From NCBI RefSeq assembly GCF_045586545.1, contig NZ_JAZNAN010000064.1, positions 1 through 53,917 on the forward strand: a stretch of DNA of 53,917 nt, read 5' to 3'. The stretch is from Methanobrevibacter sp. (GTDB lineage: Archaea; Methanobacteriota; Methanobacteria; Methanobacteriales; Methanobacteriaceae). Shown here piece by piece: positions 37,704-49,040 of the stretch (position 1 is the stretch's first letter; every line of letters begins with the position of its first letter). A model generated the notes under the pieces. That model made no database searches. It had not been told where the DNA came from and saw only the letters and a list, made by a program, of their open reading frames with translations. The position numbers and the translations under genes are program-made.

Positions 37704-38486
37704 ATGAAATATAAAATTTTAGAAAAACCTAACCCTGAAGATGCATATGATTTAGTTTATGATGCGCTTCGTAAAAAAGCGACAATAATAATGTTTGCAT
37801 GTTGTAAAGTTAATTATGAAGGCCGTGCTTTAAGCGAATTAAACTGGGGAGAACGTATTATAATGATAAAACCTGATGGAGCTTTTTTAATTCATCAGGA
37901 AAAAAAGGTCGAACCGGTGAATTGGCAACCTCCTAAATCAAGAACAAGAGCTTATATCAAAAATGAAAATCTATTTTTAGAAAGTCATAGAAGAACCCCA
38001 AAGGAGCTATTGACTGTTGAGATAAGGCATATTCAATTTATCAGCTACGCTAATGTCGAGGACTTTGAAGAACTTGAACAAGCAGGTTATGAGAAAGATA
38101 TGAGCGATATGATTATGGAAAAACCACACATTATTGAAGAAGGCTTTTACCCTACCACTAGAGAATACAGCGTTGAACATGGATTCATTGATATTTTAGG
38201 AAAGGACAAAGACAATAATCTAATGGTATTGGAATTAAAAGCCCGTAAAGCCGGAGTTACTGCAGTTAAACAACTTAAAAGATATCTCCTAGATTTAGAA
38301 AATACTGATAACGATTATCTAAGAGAATGTAAAGCTGAAAAGAAAATAATTAGAGGAATACTTGTTGCACCGTCAATAATGGATGATGCCCAAGAGCTAC
38401 TTGATGAGGAGGGAATTGAATTTGTCTCTGTAGAACCCCCTCGAGAGTTAAAAAGGGATAAAAAAGTAACTTTAGATGCATTTTAG
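37704..38486 (+). CDS. nucS: Mismatch-specific endonuclease NucS/EndoMS
   Basis: YEGRA, KPDG..LIH, PVNWQP, IDILG.D, ELK, QL.RY; PIP-like TLDAF tail. Confidence 0.96.
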   Translation: MKYKILEKPNPEDAYDLVYDALRKKATIIMFACCKVNYEGRALSELNWGERIIMIKPDGAFLIHQEKKVEPVNWQPPKSRTRAYIKNENLFLESHRRTPKELLTVEIRHIQFISYANVEDFEELEQAGYEKDMSDMIMEKPHIIEEGFYPTTREYSVEHGFIDILGKDKDNNLMVLELKARKAGVTAVKQLKRYLLDLENTDNDYLRECKAEKKIIRGILVAPSIMDDAQELLDEEGIEFVSVEPPRELKRDKKVTLDAF

Positions 38487-39019
38487 CTTAATGCATCAGT
38501 TATTCTTCTTAATTCCTCAATTGAGTATTGTTTTGTAAACTCATTAGCTGGAGTGGATTTGGTTAAATGATGCTCTTTTTCTAATTTATAAATAAGATAC
38601 TCCTCCCCCTCAAGAGGAATAGATTCATCATCACCCAAGAGTTCTAAAGCGTCCAACTCTTCAAGAATAGATTGATATTCTTTTTCTTCAAGTTCAATCA
38701 TATCATCGATTTCCATGTCTTGGATATTTGGATTCAATTGCATTGCAATAGCTATGAACCCATTTACTTTTTTGTCTGAAACATCGAATTCAGATTTCCT
38801 AATTTCTTCCATAGACAATTTAACATGGGTTATAGTATGTTTTGTAACTGGAATTTCACGAGATAACCCTACTTGGTTGATTTCATAGTTATTTTCCCAT
38901 TCGCCAATCTTATAAATTGCATAATTCATGTCATCAATATTAATCATTTCATTGCCATCCATTCTATCACACATATTTAAATATATTTTTATAATATAAG
39001 TAATAAATGTAAATTTCAA
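38483..39019 (-). CDS. Acidic hypothetical protein (true start probably a downstream Met)
   Basis: Long ORF with host-like codon usage. Confidence 0.65.
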   Translation of the reverse strand: MKFTFITYIIKIYLNMCDRMDGNEMINIDDMNYAIYKIGEWENNYEINQVGLSREIPVTKHTITHVKLSMEEIRKSEFDVSDKKVNGFIAIAMQLNPNIQDMEIDDMIELEEKEYQSILEELDALELLGDDESIPLEGEEYLIYKLEKEHHLTKSTPANEFTKQYSIEELRRITDALS

Positions 39020-39026
39020 TGGAGGT

Positions 39027-39728
39027 TTGAACGTGAAAAAATGTCCTGAATGTGGAAATCCTAGTTATGATGGAGCGCCAATGTGTGGAAATTGTGGATA
39101 TAGATTTCCAAAAACAAAAATAGTTCCTTCAAAAAGAGAAGATATATTCCAACAAACCCCAAAAGCTAAAAAGAATTCCAATGAACAAAGTACTCTAGAA
39201 ATTATTAAAGAAAAGAAACTCCTTATTGGAATTATAGTACTCATAACATTAATCGTAATTTGTGGAATATTTCTTACTGGATCAAGCAATAACACTAATT
39301 CCCCAGCAATGCTCTCAAGTGATTTAGCTGAATATGCTGCTGGCGATTTTTCATTTAAATATCCTAGCGGATGGGAAGAAATGAATTTGACTGATTCAGA
39401 ACATGAAGATGCAAAATTCTTCAAAAGCAATAATACTATTGTAGAGTATTATAGTGTAGCTAGTGATTCTTCATTAAAAGAAATTAATCAAAACAGAATT
39501 AGTTATGCTCAAGAAACTGGCAATTATGTAGATTTACTTGAATCAATTACATTAGACGGTGTGGATTCATCAAATGTCATTTTAGAAAGTGAAAGCGGTG
39601 ATTACACAAGATTTGTCACAATGATAAATAATGGCGAATTATATGTCTTTAAAATAACTGGAGACTCATATGATTCCGTTACCTCTGATGAAATTAACAA
39701 CATGTTAAATTCTGCAGATATTGCTTAA
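39027..39728 (+). CDS. Zinc-ribbon + TM + PsbP-like extracellular domain protein
   Basis: CPECG...CGNCG, one TM, FSFKYPSGW motif; SD GGAGG suggests GTG 39033 start. Confidence 0.7.
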   Translation: MNVKKCPECGNPSYDGAPMCGNCGYRFPKTKIVPSKREDIFQQTPKAKKNSNEQSTLEIIKEKKLLIGIIVLITLIVICGIFLTGSSNNTNSPAMLSSDLAEYAAGDFSFKYPSGWEEMNLTDSEHEDAKFFKSNNTIVEYYSVASDSSLKEINQNRISYAQETGNYVDLLESITLDGVDSSNVILESESGDYTRFVTMINNGELYVFKITGDSYDSVTSDEINNMLNSADIA

Positions 39729-39766
39729 GTATGATTAAATTCATACTTTTTTCTATTTTTATTTAA

Positions 39767-40603
39767 GTGTTTAAAATGACAAAAATCAAGCTTGCTTTAT
39801 GTCAAATGAATGTTGTTGACAATAAAAAGGAAAATTTAAAAAAAGCCACTTCAATGATAACCGAAAGCGTTAAACAGAATGCTGATTTTATTGTGCTTCC
39901 GGAAATGTTCAACTGCCCGTATTCCAATGATAAATTCATAGAATACCAGGAAGATGAAAATGATAGCTATACGTTAAATAAAATATCCTCATTGGCTTTG
40001 AAAAACAATGTCTACATTCTTGCAGGGTCCATTCCTGAAAAAGATGGGGACAATCTTTATAATACAAGCTATCTATTTGATAAAACTGGAAACATAATGG
40101 CCAAACACAGAAAAATGCATCTTTTCGATATTGATGTTAAAGATAAAATTACATTTAAGGAATCCGATGTTCTGACTGCAGGCAATGAATTTACAATAGC
40201 CGATACAGAATTCGGTAAAATAGGCATTGGAATCTGTTACGATATTCGTTTTCCAGAACTTGCAAGGATTATGGTTGAAAAGGGTGCTTTAGTATTATTC
40301 TATCCAGGTGCATTTAACATGACCACTGGACCCACCCATTGGGAGTTGTTATTTAGATCAAGAGCCCTAGATAATCAGTGTTATTGTGTTGGCGTTGCTC
40401 CTGCACTTAATGAAGATGCAAGTTATCATAGCTATGGCCATTCAATTATTGCAAGTCCATGGGGTGAAGTACTCAGGCAAGCAAGCGCAAAAGAAGAATT
40501 GATTATTTCCGAAATTGATTTAAGTGAAATAAAAAAAATAAGAGAAGAGCTTCCACTTTTAAAAAATAAAAGGGAAGACCTCTATGAAGTTGTTGAAAAA
40601 TAA
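39767..40603 (+). CDS. Carbon-nitrogen hydrolase (Nit2/omega-amidase-like)
   Basis: LPEMF, HRKMHLFD, GICYDIRFPE, AFNMTTGP.HW. Confidence 0.93.
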   Translation: MFKMTKIKLALCQMNVVDNKKENLKKATSMITESVKQNADFIVLPEMFNCPYSNDKFIEYQEDENDSYTLNKISSLALKNNVYILAGSIPEKDGDNLYNTSYLFDKTGNIMAKHRKMHLFDIDVKDKITFKESDVLTAGNEFTIADTEFGKIGIGICYDIRFPELARIMVEKGALVLFYPGAFNMTTGPTHWELLFRSRALDNQCYCVGVAPALNEDASYHSYGHSIIASPWGEVLRQASAKEELIISEIDLSEIKKIREELPLLKNKREDLYEVVEK

Positions 40604-41449
40604 TTATTGTAATTTATCTAATCTTTTTTCAAAGTAATCTGCTTTTTTAGTGCCTGCAAAAACTTCACAAGCTGTTTCGATTACTCTAACTTCATTGTCT
40701 TTGTCATTAGCTTTTCTGTACAAAACACATAATCTCTTATATGGCGCATCTTTAGCCTGTTTTGCTTCAACATAACGTTCATATTCTTTAATGGCTTTTT
40801 GAGGATTAGTTTTTTCCATCTCTTTAATGGTGCTCATTGGAATAACTTTTACAATTGCCTCACCAGACGCTTTAGCTTTTTTTCTTTTTTCAGCTTTTTT
40901 GATAGCTTTATTGCAGGATTTCTTAAAGTCCTTATCATCTTCTGATTTTCTGGCATCTTTGATTAATTTGATAGCTTCATCAGATCCCAAGTCCCCTAGC
41001 GCTTGAATAGCTGCAAGTTTAACACCCCAATCTTCATCTTCAAGGCATTTTGCAATTGCACCTAGTTCCTCTTCTGCTTGAAGCTCACCTAAAGCACGTA
41101 CAGCAACTTTTCTAACACCAAAATCATCATCTTCAGTTGCATCAACAAAATAAGGAATTACTTTTTTATCTTCAGTCTCTTTGAGTGCAAAAGCCAAAAA
41201 TCTTTTATCTTTGCCTTCTGCATTTTTAAATTCTTCGATTAATTTATCAACAGCTACATCACCCATACTACCTAAAATTTCAGCTGCTTTAAATCTGACT
41301 TGTGCATTATCATCAGTGGTAGCTTTAATTAACGGTTCAATAGCTTCTTCATCAGTGATTCCAACTAATGATTCTATAGCTTCTTTTCTAACTTTAACAT
41401 CATCATCTGATAAGCTGTTAATAGCTTCTTCAAAACTTAAATTTGACAT
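40604..41449 (-). CDS. HEAT-repeat (PBS lyase-like) protein
   Basis: Repeated D.D..VR..A..ALG units. Confidence 0.9.
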   Translation of the reverse strand: MSNLSFEEAINSLSDDDVKVRKEAIESLVGITDEEAIEPLIKATTDDNAQVRFKAAEILGSMGDVAVDKLIEEFKNAEGKDKRFLAFALKETEDKKVIPYFVDATEDDDFGVRKVAVRALGELQAEEELGAIAKCLEDEDWGVKLAAIQALGDLGSDEAIKLIKDARKSEDDKDFKKSCNKAIKKAEKRKKAKASGEAIVKVIPMSTIKEMEKTNPQKAIKEYERYVEAKQAKDAPYKRLCVLYRKANDKDNEVRVIETACEVFAGTKKADYFEKRLDKLQ

Positions 41450-41535
41450 GTTAATAATTAGATTTTAAAAATATATAATCTTTTAAGAAATTATAAAGAA
41501 AAAATAAAAAAAGAATAAGAGAAAAAATCTCTTAT

Positions 41536-42306
41536 TTAAATTGCAGTCCATCCACCGTCAATACAGATTAATTGACCGGTACAGAAACTGGATGCATCAG
41601 ATGCTAAGTAAATTGCAATACCGTCTAATTCACCAGGTTTACCTAAACGGCCTGCTGGACAGTAAGCTGCAATGAGGTCCATGAATCCAGGTAATTCAAT
41701 AGAGTCAACAGTTAATTCAGTTTCAAATACTGCAGGACCGATTGCATTAACGGTAATGTTGTATTTAGCCCATTCAACAGCTAAGTTTTTGGTTAAGTTC
41801 ATTACTCCACCTTTAGCTGAGGAGTATGCGCTGATACCTCCACCAGGGAAGATTACTCTTGAGTGGATTGAACCAATGTTAATGATTTTACCATATTCCT
41901 GTTCGATCATGATTTCTCCAACAGCTTTACACATGTAGTATACACCGCTTAAGTCGATGTGGATGTGTCTTTCCCATTCTTCGTTGGATTGATCAGTGAC
42001 CATTTTGTTGTTACCCATACCAGCTGCGTTTACTAAGATGTCAATTCTTCCGTAAGCATCCATAACTTTTGCAACAGCAGCAGTGATACTGTCGTAGTCT
42101 CCAACATCACATACAGCATACATTACTTCAGTTCCGAATTCTTTTTCGATTTCAGCAACGTTTTCTAATAACCTTTCTTCTCTTCTTGCAACTAATGCTA
42201 ATATAGCACCTTGGCTTGCGTATGCTTGAGCAATTTGCCAACCAAGACCGGAAGAAGCTCCAGTAACAACCGCAACTTTGTCTTTTATATCAAAATAGTT
42301 TTTCAT
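41536..42306 (-). CDS. Short-chain dehydrogenase/reductase
   Basis: TGASSGLG, NAAG, YSSAK; start ATG 42306 after AGGTGG. Confidence 0.93.
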   Translation of the reverse strand: MKNYFDIKDKVAVVTGASSGLGWQIAQAYASQGAILALVARREERLLENVAEIEKEFGTEVMYAVCDVGDYDSITAAVAKVMDAYGRIDILVNAAGMGNNKMVTDQSNEEWERHIHIDLSGVYYMCKAVGEIMIEQEYGKIINIGSIHSRVIFPGGGISAYSSAKGGVMNLTKNLAVEWAKYNITVNAIGPAVFETELTVDSIELPGFMDLIAAYCPAGRLGKPGELDGIAIYLASDASSFCTGQLICIDGGWTAI

Positions 42307-42547
42307 ATTTAATACCACCTTAGGCATGAGCCTATGATAATAATTATAACATTTTAACTATTTAATAATTTTTATTTTATCAAATTCGTAAAATGCCAAA
42401 CAAAATTTAATGAATTGAAATTTAAAATAGAAATTATTCAAATGAACTTGATTAAAAAAAAACTCTAAAAATTTTAGGAAGCCATGAAACAGCAGGATTG
42501 TGCAAAAATTATAATAGATAAGAAGATTTAACTAGAATTATAAATAA

Positions 42548-45163
42548 ATGATTAAGGACGTTAAAATGATTGAAGAGCAAACTAAAAGTTATTCAAAAAA
42601 ACAGATTTATCAAATCTTACATCCGTGGGTTAGGCGATGGTTTGACTCACAATTCAGTGATTTTACTCCTGCTCAGAAAAGATCAATCATTGACATCCAT
42701 AAAAAGAACAACATCCTAATTTCATCACCAACAGGTTCCGGAAAGACATTGACAGCATTCTTATCAGTAATCAGCGAATTAACCACATTAGCTGAAAAGG
42801 ATATGCTGGAAGACAAAGTCTATTGCATATATATTTCACCTCTGAAAGCGCTTGATAATGATATAGAAAAGAATCTAGATGAACCTTTAGATGGCATAGA
42901 AAAGATTGCTGGCCGTGAATTGGGAATCAGAAAAGCAGTTAGGACAGGAGACACAACACAATATCAAAGACAGAAAATGCTTAAAAAGCCTCCGCACATA
43001 TTAATTACAACTCCAGAAACATTATCAATTTTACTTGTAGCTCCAAAATTTAGGGAAAAACTAAGTGGAGTCAAATACGTTATTGTTGATGAAATACATT
43101 CATTAGCTGAAAATAAGAGAGGAGTTCATTTAACTTTATCCCTTGAACGTTTACAACACTTGCTTGGGCAATTTACAAGGATAGGGCTTTCAGCAACAGT
43201 CAGTCCCCTGGAAGAAATGGCAAAATTCCTGGTGGGCTATGAATATGGCGTTGGCCGGAGCTGCAAAATCGTCAATATTGATTACCTGAAGGAACTTGAT
43301 ATGGAAGTGATGTGTCCAGTAAGCGATATCGTTCTTGCAGATGAAGAAGACACACGTTTAGGAATGTATGACCTATTGGACGATTTGATTCAGGAAAACA
43401 AGACAACATTAATATTTACAAATACCCGAAGCGGTACGGAACGTTTTGTTTACAATTTAAAAAAGATGTATCCTCACAACTACAATGATTCTAATATAAT
43501 GGCCCACCATTCATCGCTTTCAAAGGAAGTGCGCCTTGAAACCGAAAATAAGCTTAAGGAAGGTAAATTGAAAGCTGTTGTTTCATCAACTTCCCTGGAA
43601 CTTGGAATTGATATCGGATACATTGATTTGGTAGTGCTCATAAACTCTCCAAAATCTGTTGCAAGAGCACTTCAGAGAATTGGGCGAAGCGGACACAAGT
43701 TACATGAAAAGTCAAAAGGCAGAATCATTGTAACCAATCGTGACGATTTAGTTGAATGTTCAGTTTTACTTAAGAATGCAAAAGAAGGTAAAATAGATAA
43801 AATCAGCATTCCAACAAACTGTCTAGACGTTCTTGCACAGCACATCTATGGAATGAGTATTGAAAATCCATGGGACATTGATTATGCTTATGACGTTATA
43901 CGGAAGAGTTATTGTTATAAAGACCTCTCAAGAGATGATTACGAAGACGTTTTAAGCTATATGGCAGGAGAATATCCTGAACTTGAAGAGAGATATGTGT
44001 ATGCTAAAATTTGGATTGATTACAAGAAAAATACCTTCGGCAAACGTGGAAAACTAGCTAGAATGTTATATTCAACAAACATCGGAACCATACCTGACTC
44101 CTCCGGAGTGCTGGTTAAATGTGATGGTGAAACCGTTGGAAAGATTGAAGAATCATTTATGGAAAGATTAAAAAAAGGAGACACATTTGTTTTGGGAGGC
44201 AGAACCTACAGATTCAATTATGGAAAAGGAATGACAATAAATGTAACTCCTTCAAGTGGCCCTCCTACAATCCCTTCCTGGTTTTCACAACAATTGCCAT
44301 TATCCTTTGACCTTGCAATGGATATCCAGAAGTTTAGATCCCACATGGAAACCAAATTCGAATACAGAAGAAGCAAAGAGGAGATAATGGAATTCATACA
44401 CAGCTACCTATATGTCGATGACTTTGCGGCAAATTCAATTTATGAATACTTCATTGAACAATACAAATATGCCAAAATTCCATCAAATCGCCTGTTGCTG
44501 ATTGAATATTATAAAGGATATGGCGGAAGGCGTTTTGTAATATTCCATTCCTTATTCGGAAGAAAAGTTAATGATGCGCTATCAAGAGCCGTTGCATACA
44601 TTGCCGCCAAACAATATAACATGAATGTGACCCTATCCATTTCGGATAACGGATTTTATTTAAGTTCAGATGGAAAAATTGGAGGTTTGGAATCATTCAA
44701 ACAATTAAATCCTGAAAATTTTGAAAGAATCTTGACAAATTCCCTTAATAAAACCGAAACATTGGCTTCCAGATTCAGACATTGCGCCGGAAGGTCACTT
44801 ATGACTCTTAGAAGATACAAAGGCGAATCAAAATCTGCTGGCCGTCAGCAAGTCAGAGGCAAAATACTTTTGAAATTCGTGCAGGATATGGACGATGACT
44901 TTTCAATCCTAAAAGAAGCCAGAAGGGAAGCATTAGAAGATTATATGGATATAAAAAATGCTTTAAAGATAATTAACATGATTGATTCTGGAGAAATGGA
45001 AATAAAAACAATAAATACAGTTATTCCTAGTCCTTTTGCTTTCAATTTAGTTTCACAAGGATATCTGGACGTGTTGAATCAAAATGATAAAGGCGAATTT
45101 ACAAAAAGAATGCATTTGGCAATTCTTGACCAGATTAAAGATAAACTAAACGACATTTATTAG
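42548..45163 (+). CDS. lhr: Lhr-family ATP-dependent helicase
   Basis: [41 protein letters not shown]. Confidence 0.93.
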   Translation: MIKDVKMIEEQTKSYSKKQIYQILHPWVRRWFDSQFSDFTPAQKRSIIDIHKKNNILISSPTGSGKTLTAFLSVISELTTLAEKDMLEDKVYCIYISPLKALDNDIEKNLDEPLDGIEKIAGRELGIRKAVRTGDTTQYQRQKMLKKPPHILITTPETLSILLVAPKFREKLSGVKYVIVDEIHSLAENKRGVHLTLSLERLQHLLGQFTRIGLSATVSPLEEMAKFLVGYEYGVGRSCKIVNIDYLKELDMEVMCPVSDIVLADEEDTRLGMYDLLDDLIQENKTTLIFTNTRSGTERFVYNLKKMYPHNYNDSNIMAHHSSLSKEVRLETENKLKEGKLKAVVSSTSLELGIDIGYIDLVVLINSPKSVARALQRIGRSGHKLHEKSKGRIIVTNRDDLVECSVLLKNAKEGKIDKISIPTNCLDVLAQHIYGMSIENPWDIDYAYDVIRKSYCYKDLSRDDYEDVLSYMAGEYPELEERYVYAKIWIDYKKNTFGKRGKLARMLYSTNIGTIPDSSGVLVKCDGETVGKIEESFMERLKKGDTFVLGGRTYRFNYGKGMTINVTPSSGPPTIPSWFSQQLPLSFDLAMDIQKFRSHMETKFEYRRSKEEIMEFIHSYLYVDDFAANSIYEYFIEQYKYAKIPSNRLLLIEYYKGYGGRRFVIFHSLFGRKVNDALSRAVAYIAAKQYNMNVTLSISDNGFYLSSDGKIGGLESFKQLNPENFERILTNSLNKTETLASRFRHCAGRSLMTLRRYKGESKSAGRQQVRGKILLKFVQDMDDDFSILKEARREALEDYMDIKNALKIINMIDSGEMEIKTINTVIPSPFAFNLVSQGYLDVLNQNDKGEFTKRMHLAILDQIKDKLNDIY

Positions 45164-45251
45164 GCATCAACATCAAAAGATATTGAAAATCAAAAGGGAA
45201 AAAATAAATACATTTATTAATTAAATTACATAATTATATTACGGTGATACT

Positions 45252-45620
45252 ATGACTAAATGGAGTGCAGTAATTACAGGTTTCATATTAGCTGTAATAG
45301 TTAAATCATTTTTTGCACAATATGAATTTATTGGATTATTGATTGTTGGATTCATTACAGGTTATATAGCCCATGAAGGAGCGCTTGGAGGATTATGGAA
45401 TGCCGCTCTTGCAGGAGCATTAGGAACTATAATAAGCGCAATATTATTTGTATTGGTTGCAACCCTAGGCGGAAGCGTAATGGGCATTTTCGGAGGATTG
45501 ACTGGATTTACATTCTCTGGAATCACAAGCATAACTGTAATTATAGGAGATCTAATTTATTATGCAATCGTCATGGGAATTACAGGAGCTGTTGGAGGCG
45601 CAATAGCTTCTAAAAAATGA
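45252..45620 (+). CDS. Gly-rich membrane protein (DUF5518-like)
   Basis: Hydrophobic Gly-rich helices; SD GGTGA. Confidence 0.7.
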   Translation: MTKWSAVITGFILAVIVKSFFAQYEFIGLLIVGFITGYIAHEGALGGLWNAALAGALGTIISAILFVLVATLGGSVMGIFGGLTGFTFSGITSITVIIGDLIYYAIVMGITGAVGGAIASKK

Positions 45621-46042
45621 ATTTTTGGAGATATGATATGGCAAACTTACCGGAAATAAATATTAAAGCTTTGATATTTGGAGCAGCAATAGCTGCCGCA
45701 TTTATAATATTTGGATATAATTATTGGGATTGGTTTTATCCATTTTCAGCAATAGGCCTCTTATATGCAGGATACGGCCAGAATAACCTTAAAATGGGAA
45801 CAATACTCGGAGCATTAGCTGCCACACCTATCATAATCTTAACATTCCAAGGATATATGGGGCAATTTGATGGCTTTTTCCTAACTGAAAATGGAATAAT
45901 GGCATTGACCGTTTTAATACTCGCCGTTGGAGCATTTGTCGGATTCGTTGGTGCATGGACTAAACAAAGCCGTGTGAAAGCACTGGAAGAATACGAAAAA
46001 AAGCAAAATATAGGTAAAACCAAAAAGAAAAAAGCAAAATAA
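45617..46042 (+). CDS. Hypothetical membrane protein (start probably ATG 45638)
   Basis: Four TM segments, basic tail. Confidence 0.7.
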   Translation: MNFWRYDMANLPEINIKALIFGAAIAAAFIIFGYNYWDWFYPFSAIGLLYAGYGQNNLKMGTILGALAATPIIILTFQGYMGQFDGFFLTENGIMALTVLILAVGAFVGFVGAWTKQSRVKALEEYEKKQNIGKTKKKKAK

Positions 46043-46108
46043 CAAAAAAGCATTAAACTGGTTTTAAAGAAATTTAAAAAAATAAAAATATGAAAAATAA
46101 TAACAAAC

Positions 46109-47200
46109 TTATGTTATTATTTTTTCTAATTCGTCTCTTTCAATTCCTCTTTTTATTTCAAGAGCAATTCTTCTACCCATACTCATAGGTTTACCATAAG
46201 TTAAGTAGGAGTAAGGAGAACCGTCCATGAATGTGTTAGTACCACCATCAGTTCTAGCACTGATTTCAAAACAGATTACTTCTAAATTATCATTTACTAA
46301 AGTTTGCATACAGAATGGTCCGTTCAATCCTGGAGCAACTAATTTTTTAGCACTTTCAGTTAATTTATCAGCAATGTCAAATACTTGTGGGAGTAAAGAT
46401 TCACGAATTACAGCTGGGTGGTTACCAGTAACTACATAAGATGGACTTAAATCGATGTCTAATTGATCTTTTGCAGGCATTCTTACAAAACCATCAATAC
46501 TTGATTCGTATCTTGTGTCCATACCCATTAATTCAACTTTATCATCAAGTGCGGAGTAGAAATAGTGTATACAATAATTACAACCTGAAACATATTCTTC
46601 AATGTGAGCTGCTTCTACATCACTGTCATCTAACCATCCACGAGCTTTCATAGCGTCAATTTTTGCATCAAATTCTTCAGTAGATGAAGCAACAAAGTAA
46701 CCTCTTCCACCTCTTGCTCCTGGGAACTTGACCATTACCGGTCTGTCAATTTCAGAAGGATCATTATATTTGAATGGTATTCTTACGTCCCCTTCAACAA
46801 GTAATGCTCTTTCCTTGTCTCTTTCAGCTTCCCATCTAAGAACATCTCTGTTTCCAAACATTGGTACATTGAATTTGTCTTCTACATTATCTAATCCAGC
46901 ATATGCAACAAAAGAACCGTGAGGAACAACTATAGCATTCATATCCCTAAGTTTTTGTTGGACATCCTCATTGACAATGTCTTTAAATTCATCAACGATG
47001 ATATATTCATCAGCAACTCCAAAACGTTGATATGGAATTTCCCTTCCTTTTTGACATACTATAGCGGTTCTAAATCCTTCTTCTTTAGCACCTTGTAAGA
47101 TGTGTAAAGAAGTGTGGCTTCCGAGAGTGGCTATTGTAATTTCACTTTTGTCATATGTAGCCAAAATATCTAAAATGTCTTCCTTTTTAACTTCTCCCAT
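46109..47200 (-). CDS. purP: AICAR-formate ligase (FAICAR synthetase) PurP
   Basis: IATLGSH, PHGSF, GGRGYF, FEISAR..GGTN. Confidence 0.95.
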   Translation of the reverse strand: MGEVKKEDILDILATYDKSEITIATLGSHTSLHILQGAKEEGFRTAIVCQKGREIPYQRFGVADEYIIVDEFKDIVNEDVQQKLRDMNAIVVPHGSFVAYAGLDNVEDKFNVPMFGNRDVLRWEAERDKERALLVEGDVRIPFKYNDPSEIDRPVMVKFPGARGGRGYFVASSTEEFDAKIDAMKARGWLDDSDVEAAHIEEYVSGCNYCIHYFYSALDDKVELMGMDTRYESSIDGFVRMPAKDQLDIDLSPSYVVTGNHPAVIRESLLPQVFDIADKLTESAKKLVAPGLNGPFCMQTLVNDNLEVICFEISARTDGGTNTFMDGSPYSYLTYGKPMSMGRRIALEIKRGIERDELEKIIT

Positions 47201-47337
47201 TTTATCTTCTCCTAAAAAGAATGATGATATTATATATATTTTTCCGAATTTATAATAGTTTTTATTTGAATGAAGAAATATAATTAAAAAGGTAAAAAAA
47301 CAAATAATTAAATTGAATAATTAAGGATTGAAAAATC

Positions 47338-47868
47338 ATGATAATAGGATTAATTTCAGACACCCACATCCCTGATAGGGCAAGGATATTGCCTCAAAAT
47401 GTGCTCGATGCATTTAATGATGTTGATTTAATAATGCATGCTGGCGATTTGACATCGCCTAAGGTAATTGATGAATTAGAGGAACTTGCACCTGTGATGG
47501 CAGTTCAGGGAAATATGGACAGAGCCAATGGAATTAATCTGCCCAAAGCAAAAGTCATTGAAGTTGAAGGTCTGAAAATTGGTATGATACATGGAGAGGT
47601 TTATCCAAGAGCGGATTCTGACCAATTGCTATATTTGGCAAAAGAGCTAGATGTGGATATTCTAGTCAGCGGTCATTCCCACCAACCAAAAATCGAACAA
47701 AAAGAGGGAATTTTACTATTGAATCCGGGAAGCCCAATTGTTCCAAGACTTGCAGACAGAACTGTAATGTTGCTTGAGATTAACAATAATGAAGTTGACG
47801 TTGAAATCATTAAAATCGGCTCTCCAGTATGCAGTGCACTTGATTTTGACCAATTTAAGAGGGATTGA
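47338..47868 (+). CDS. Metallophosphoesterase (YfcE/Vps29 family)
   Basis: SDTH, HAGD, GNMD, HG, GHSH, NPGS. Confidence 0.93.
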   Translation: MIIGLISDTHIPDRARILPQNVLDAFNDVDLIMHAGDLTSPKVIDELEELAPVMAVQGNMDRANGINLPKAKVIEVEGLKIGMIHGEVYPRADSDQLLYLAKELDVDILVSGHSHQPKIEQKEGILLLNPGSPIVPRLADRTVMLLEINNNEVDVEIIKIGSPVCSALDFDQFKRD

Positions 47869-47869
47869 A

Positions 47870-48496
47870 ATGGGAAGCAGATGGCAAGTAGAAAAACATA
47901 AAGACCCATATTATAAAAGAGCTAAGCAAGAAGAATACCGTTCAAGAGCATCATATAAACTCAAACAGCTTGACAAAAAATTCAAACTCATAAAAGAAGG
48001 AGATACTGTTGTTGACCTTGGAGCTGCACCCGGAGGGTGGTCCCAAGTAGCATTGGAAAAAGTCGGTGAAGAAGGAATAGTTGTCGGAGTGGACCTGAAC
48101 AGATTCAAAAAATTCCATGAAGAAAACTATTATGGGCTCAGAGGAGATTTTACAACCCCTGAAGTTCAAGAAAAAATCACAGAACTGATTGGAGGAAAAG
48201 CAAAGGTCGTAATGTCTGATGCATCACCTTCCCTTTGCGGAATTAAAAACATTGACCAGCTCAAATCAATTGATTTGACAAATGCAGTTATTGAGATAGC
48301 CTACAATATTCTAGAAACAAAAGGCAACCTCGTCATGAAAGTATTCCAAGGCCCTGAATATAAAACCATGCTTGATTCCCTTAAAGGCAACTTTAGACAA
48401 GTAAAAACTACAAAACCTGCATCATCACGTAAAAAAAGTTCAGAAATGTACGTTGTAGGACTAGGCTACAAACATGTTAAAAAAAATAGAAAATAA
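47870..48496 (+). CDS. rlmE: 23S rRNA 2'-O-methyltransferase RlmE/RrmJ
   Basis: YRSRASYKL, DLGAAPGGWSQ, SDASP, KVFQG, SSE.Y; start moved to ATG 47870. Confidence 0.95.
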   Translation: MGSRWQVEKHKDPYYKRAKQEEYRSRASYKLKQLDKKFKLIKEGDTVVDLGAAPGGWSQVALEKVGEEGIVVGVDLNRFKKFHEENYYGLRGDFTTPEVQEKITELIGGKAKVVMSDASPSLCGIKNIDQLKSIDLTNAVIEIAYNILETKGNLVMKVFQGPEYKTMLDSLKGNFRQVKTTKPASSRKKSSEMYVVGLGYKHVKKNRK

Positions 48497-48501
48497 AAAA
48501 A

Positions 48502-48921
48502 TTAAAGAGTATTATATGCCTTATTAGCATCATCTAATTTTTGTTTTGCAAAATCGATTCTGCTGTCTACTTCATTTGATGGCTTACCTGCATCAAGGGC
48601 ACTTTGAACATTTTCAATAGCTGAATTTGCCCGTGTCAACTCTAATTTTGCATCGTTATAAGTCTGCACATCATCAGGACCTCCTGCATAATATGTGGAC
48701 TTGACACTATCAAACTTAATGGATAAATTGCTATACTCTGCTTTTAGCTCCGCAAGTTCATCATATTGAGTGCCTGAGGATATCTCATTTGTGATGCCAG
48801 ATGAAACCATACTATATCCCACATATGCAACAACGATGATTGTTGATATAATCATGATAATTCCAACAACAGAAATTAGCATAGAAGTGGATTTAAATAA
48901 GCTTAGTCTAGATTTTCTCAT
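48502..48921 (-). CDS. Membrane-anchored helical hypothetical protein
   Basis: N-terminal TM followed by amphipathic helices. Confidence 0.7.
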   Translation of the reverse strand: MRKSRLSLFKSTSMLISVVGIIMIISTIIVVAYVGYSMVSSGITNEISSGTQYDELAELKAEYSNLSIKFDSVKSTYYAGGPDDVQTYNDAKLELTRANSAIENVQSALDAGKPSNEVDSRIDFAKQKLDDANKAYNTL

Positions 48922-49040
48922 ATTAACCTCTATTATAATTAATTTATCTTTATAGTAATATGAATTTTTTAGTATATAATTTTTATTACCCTCACCATAT
49001 ACAATATTTTTTTAAATAATGAAAACTTAATAATTACTTA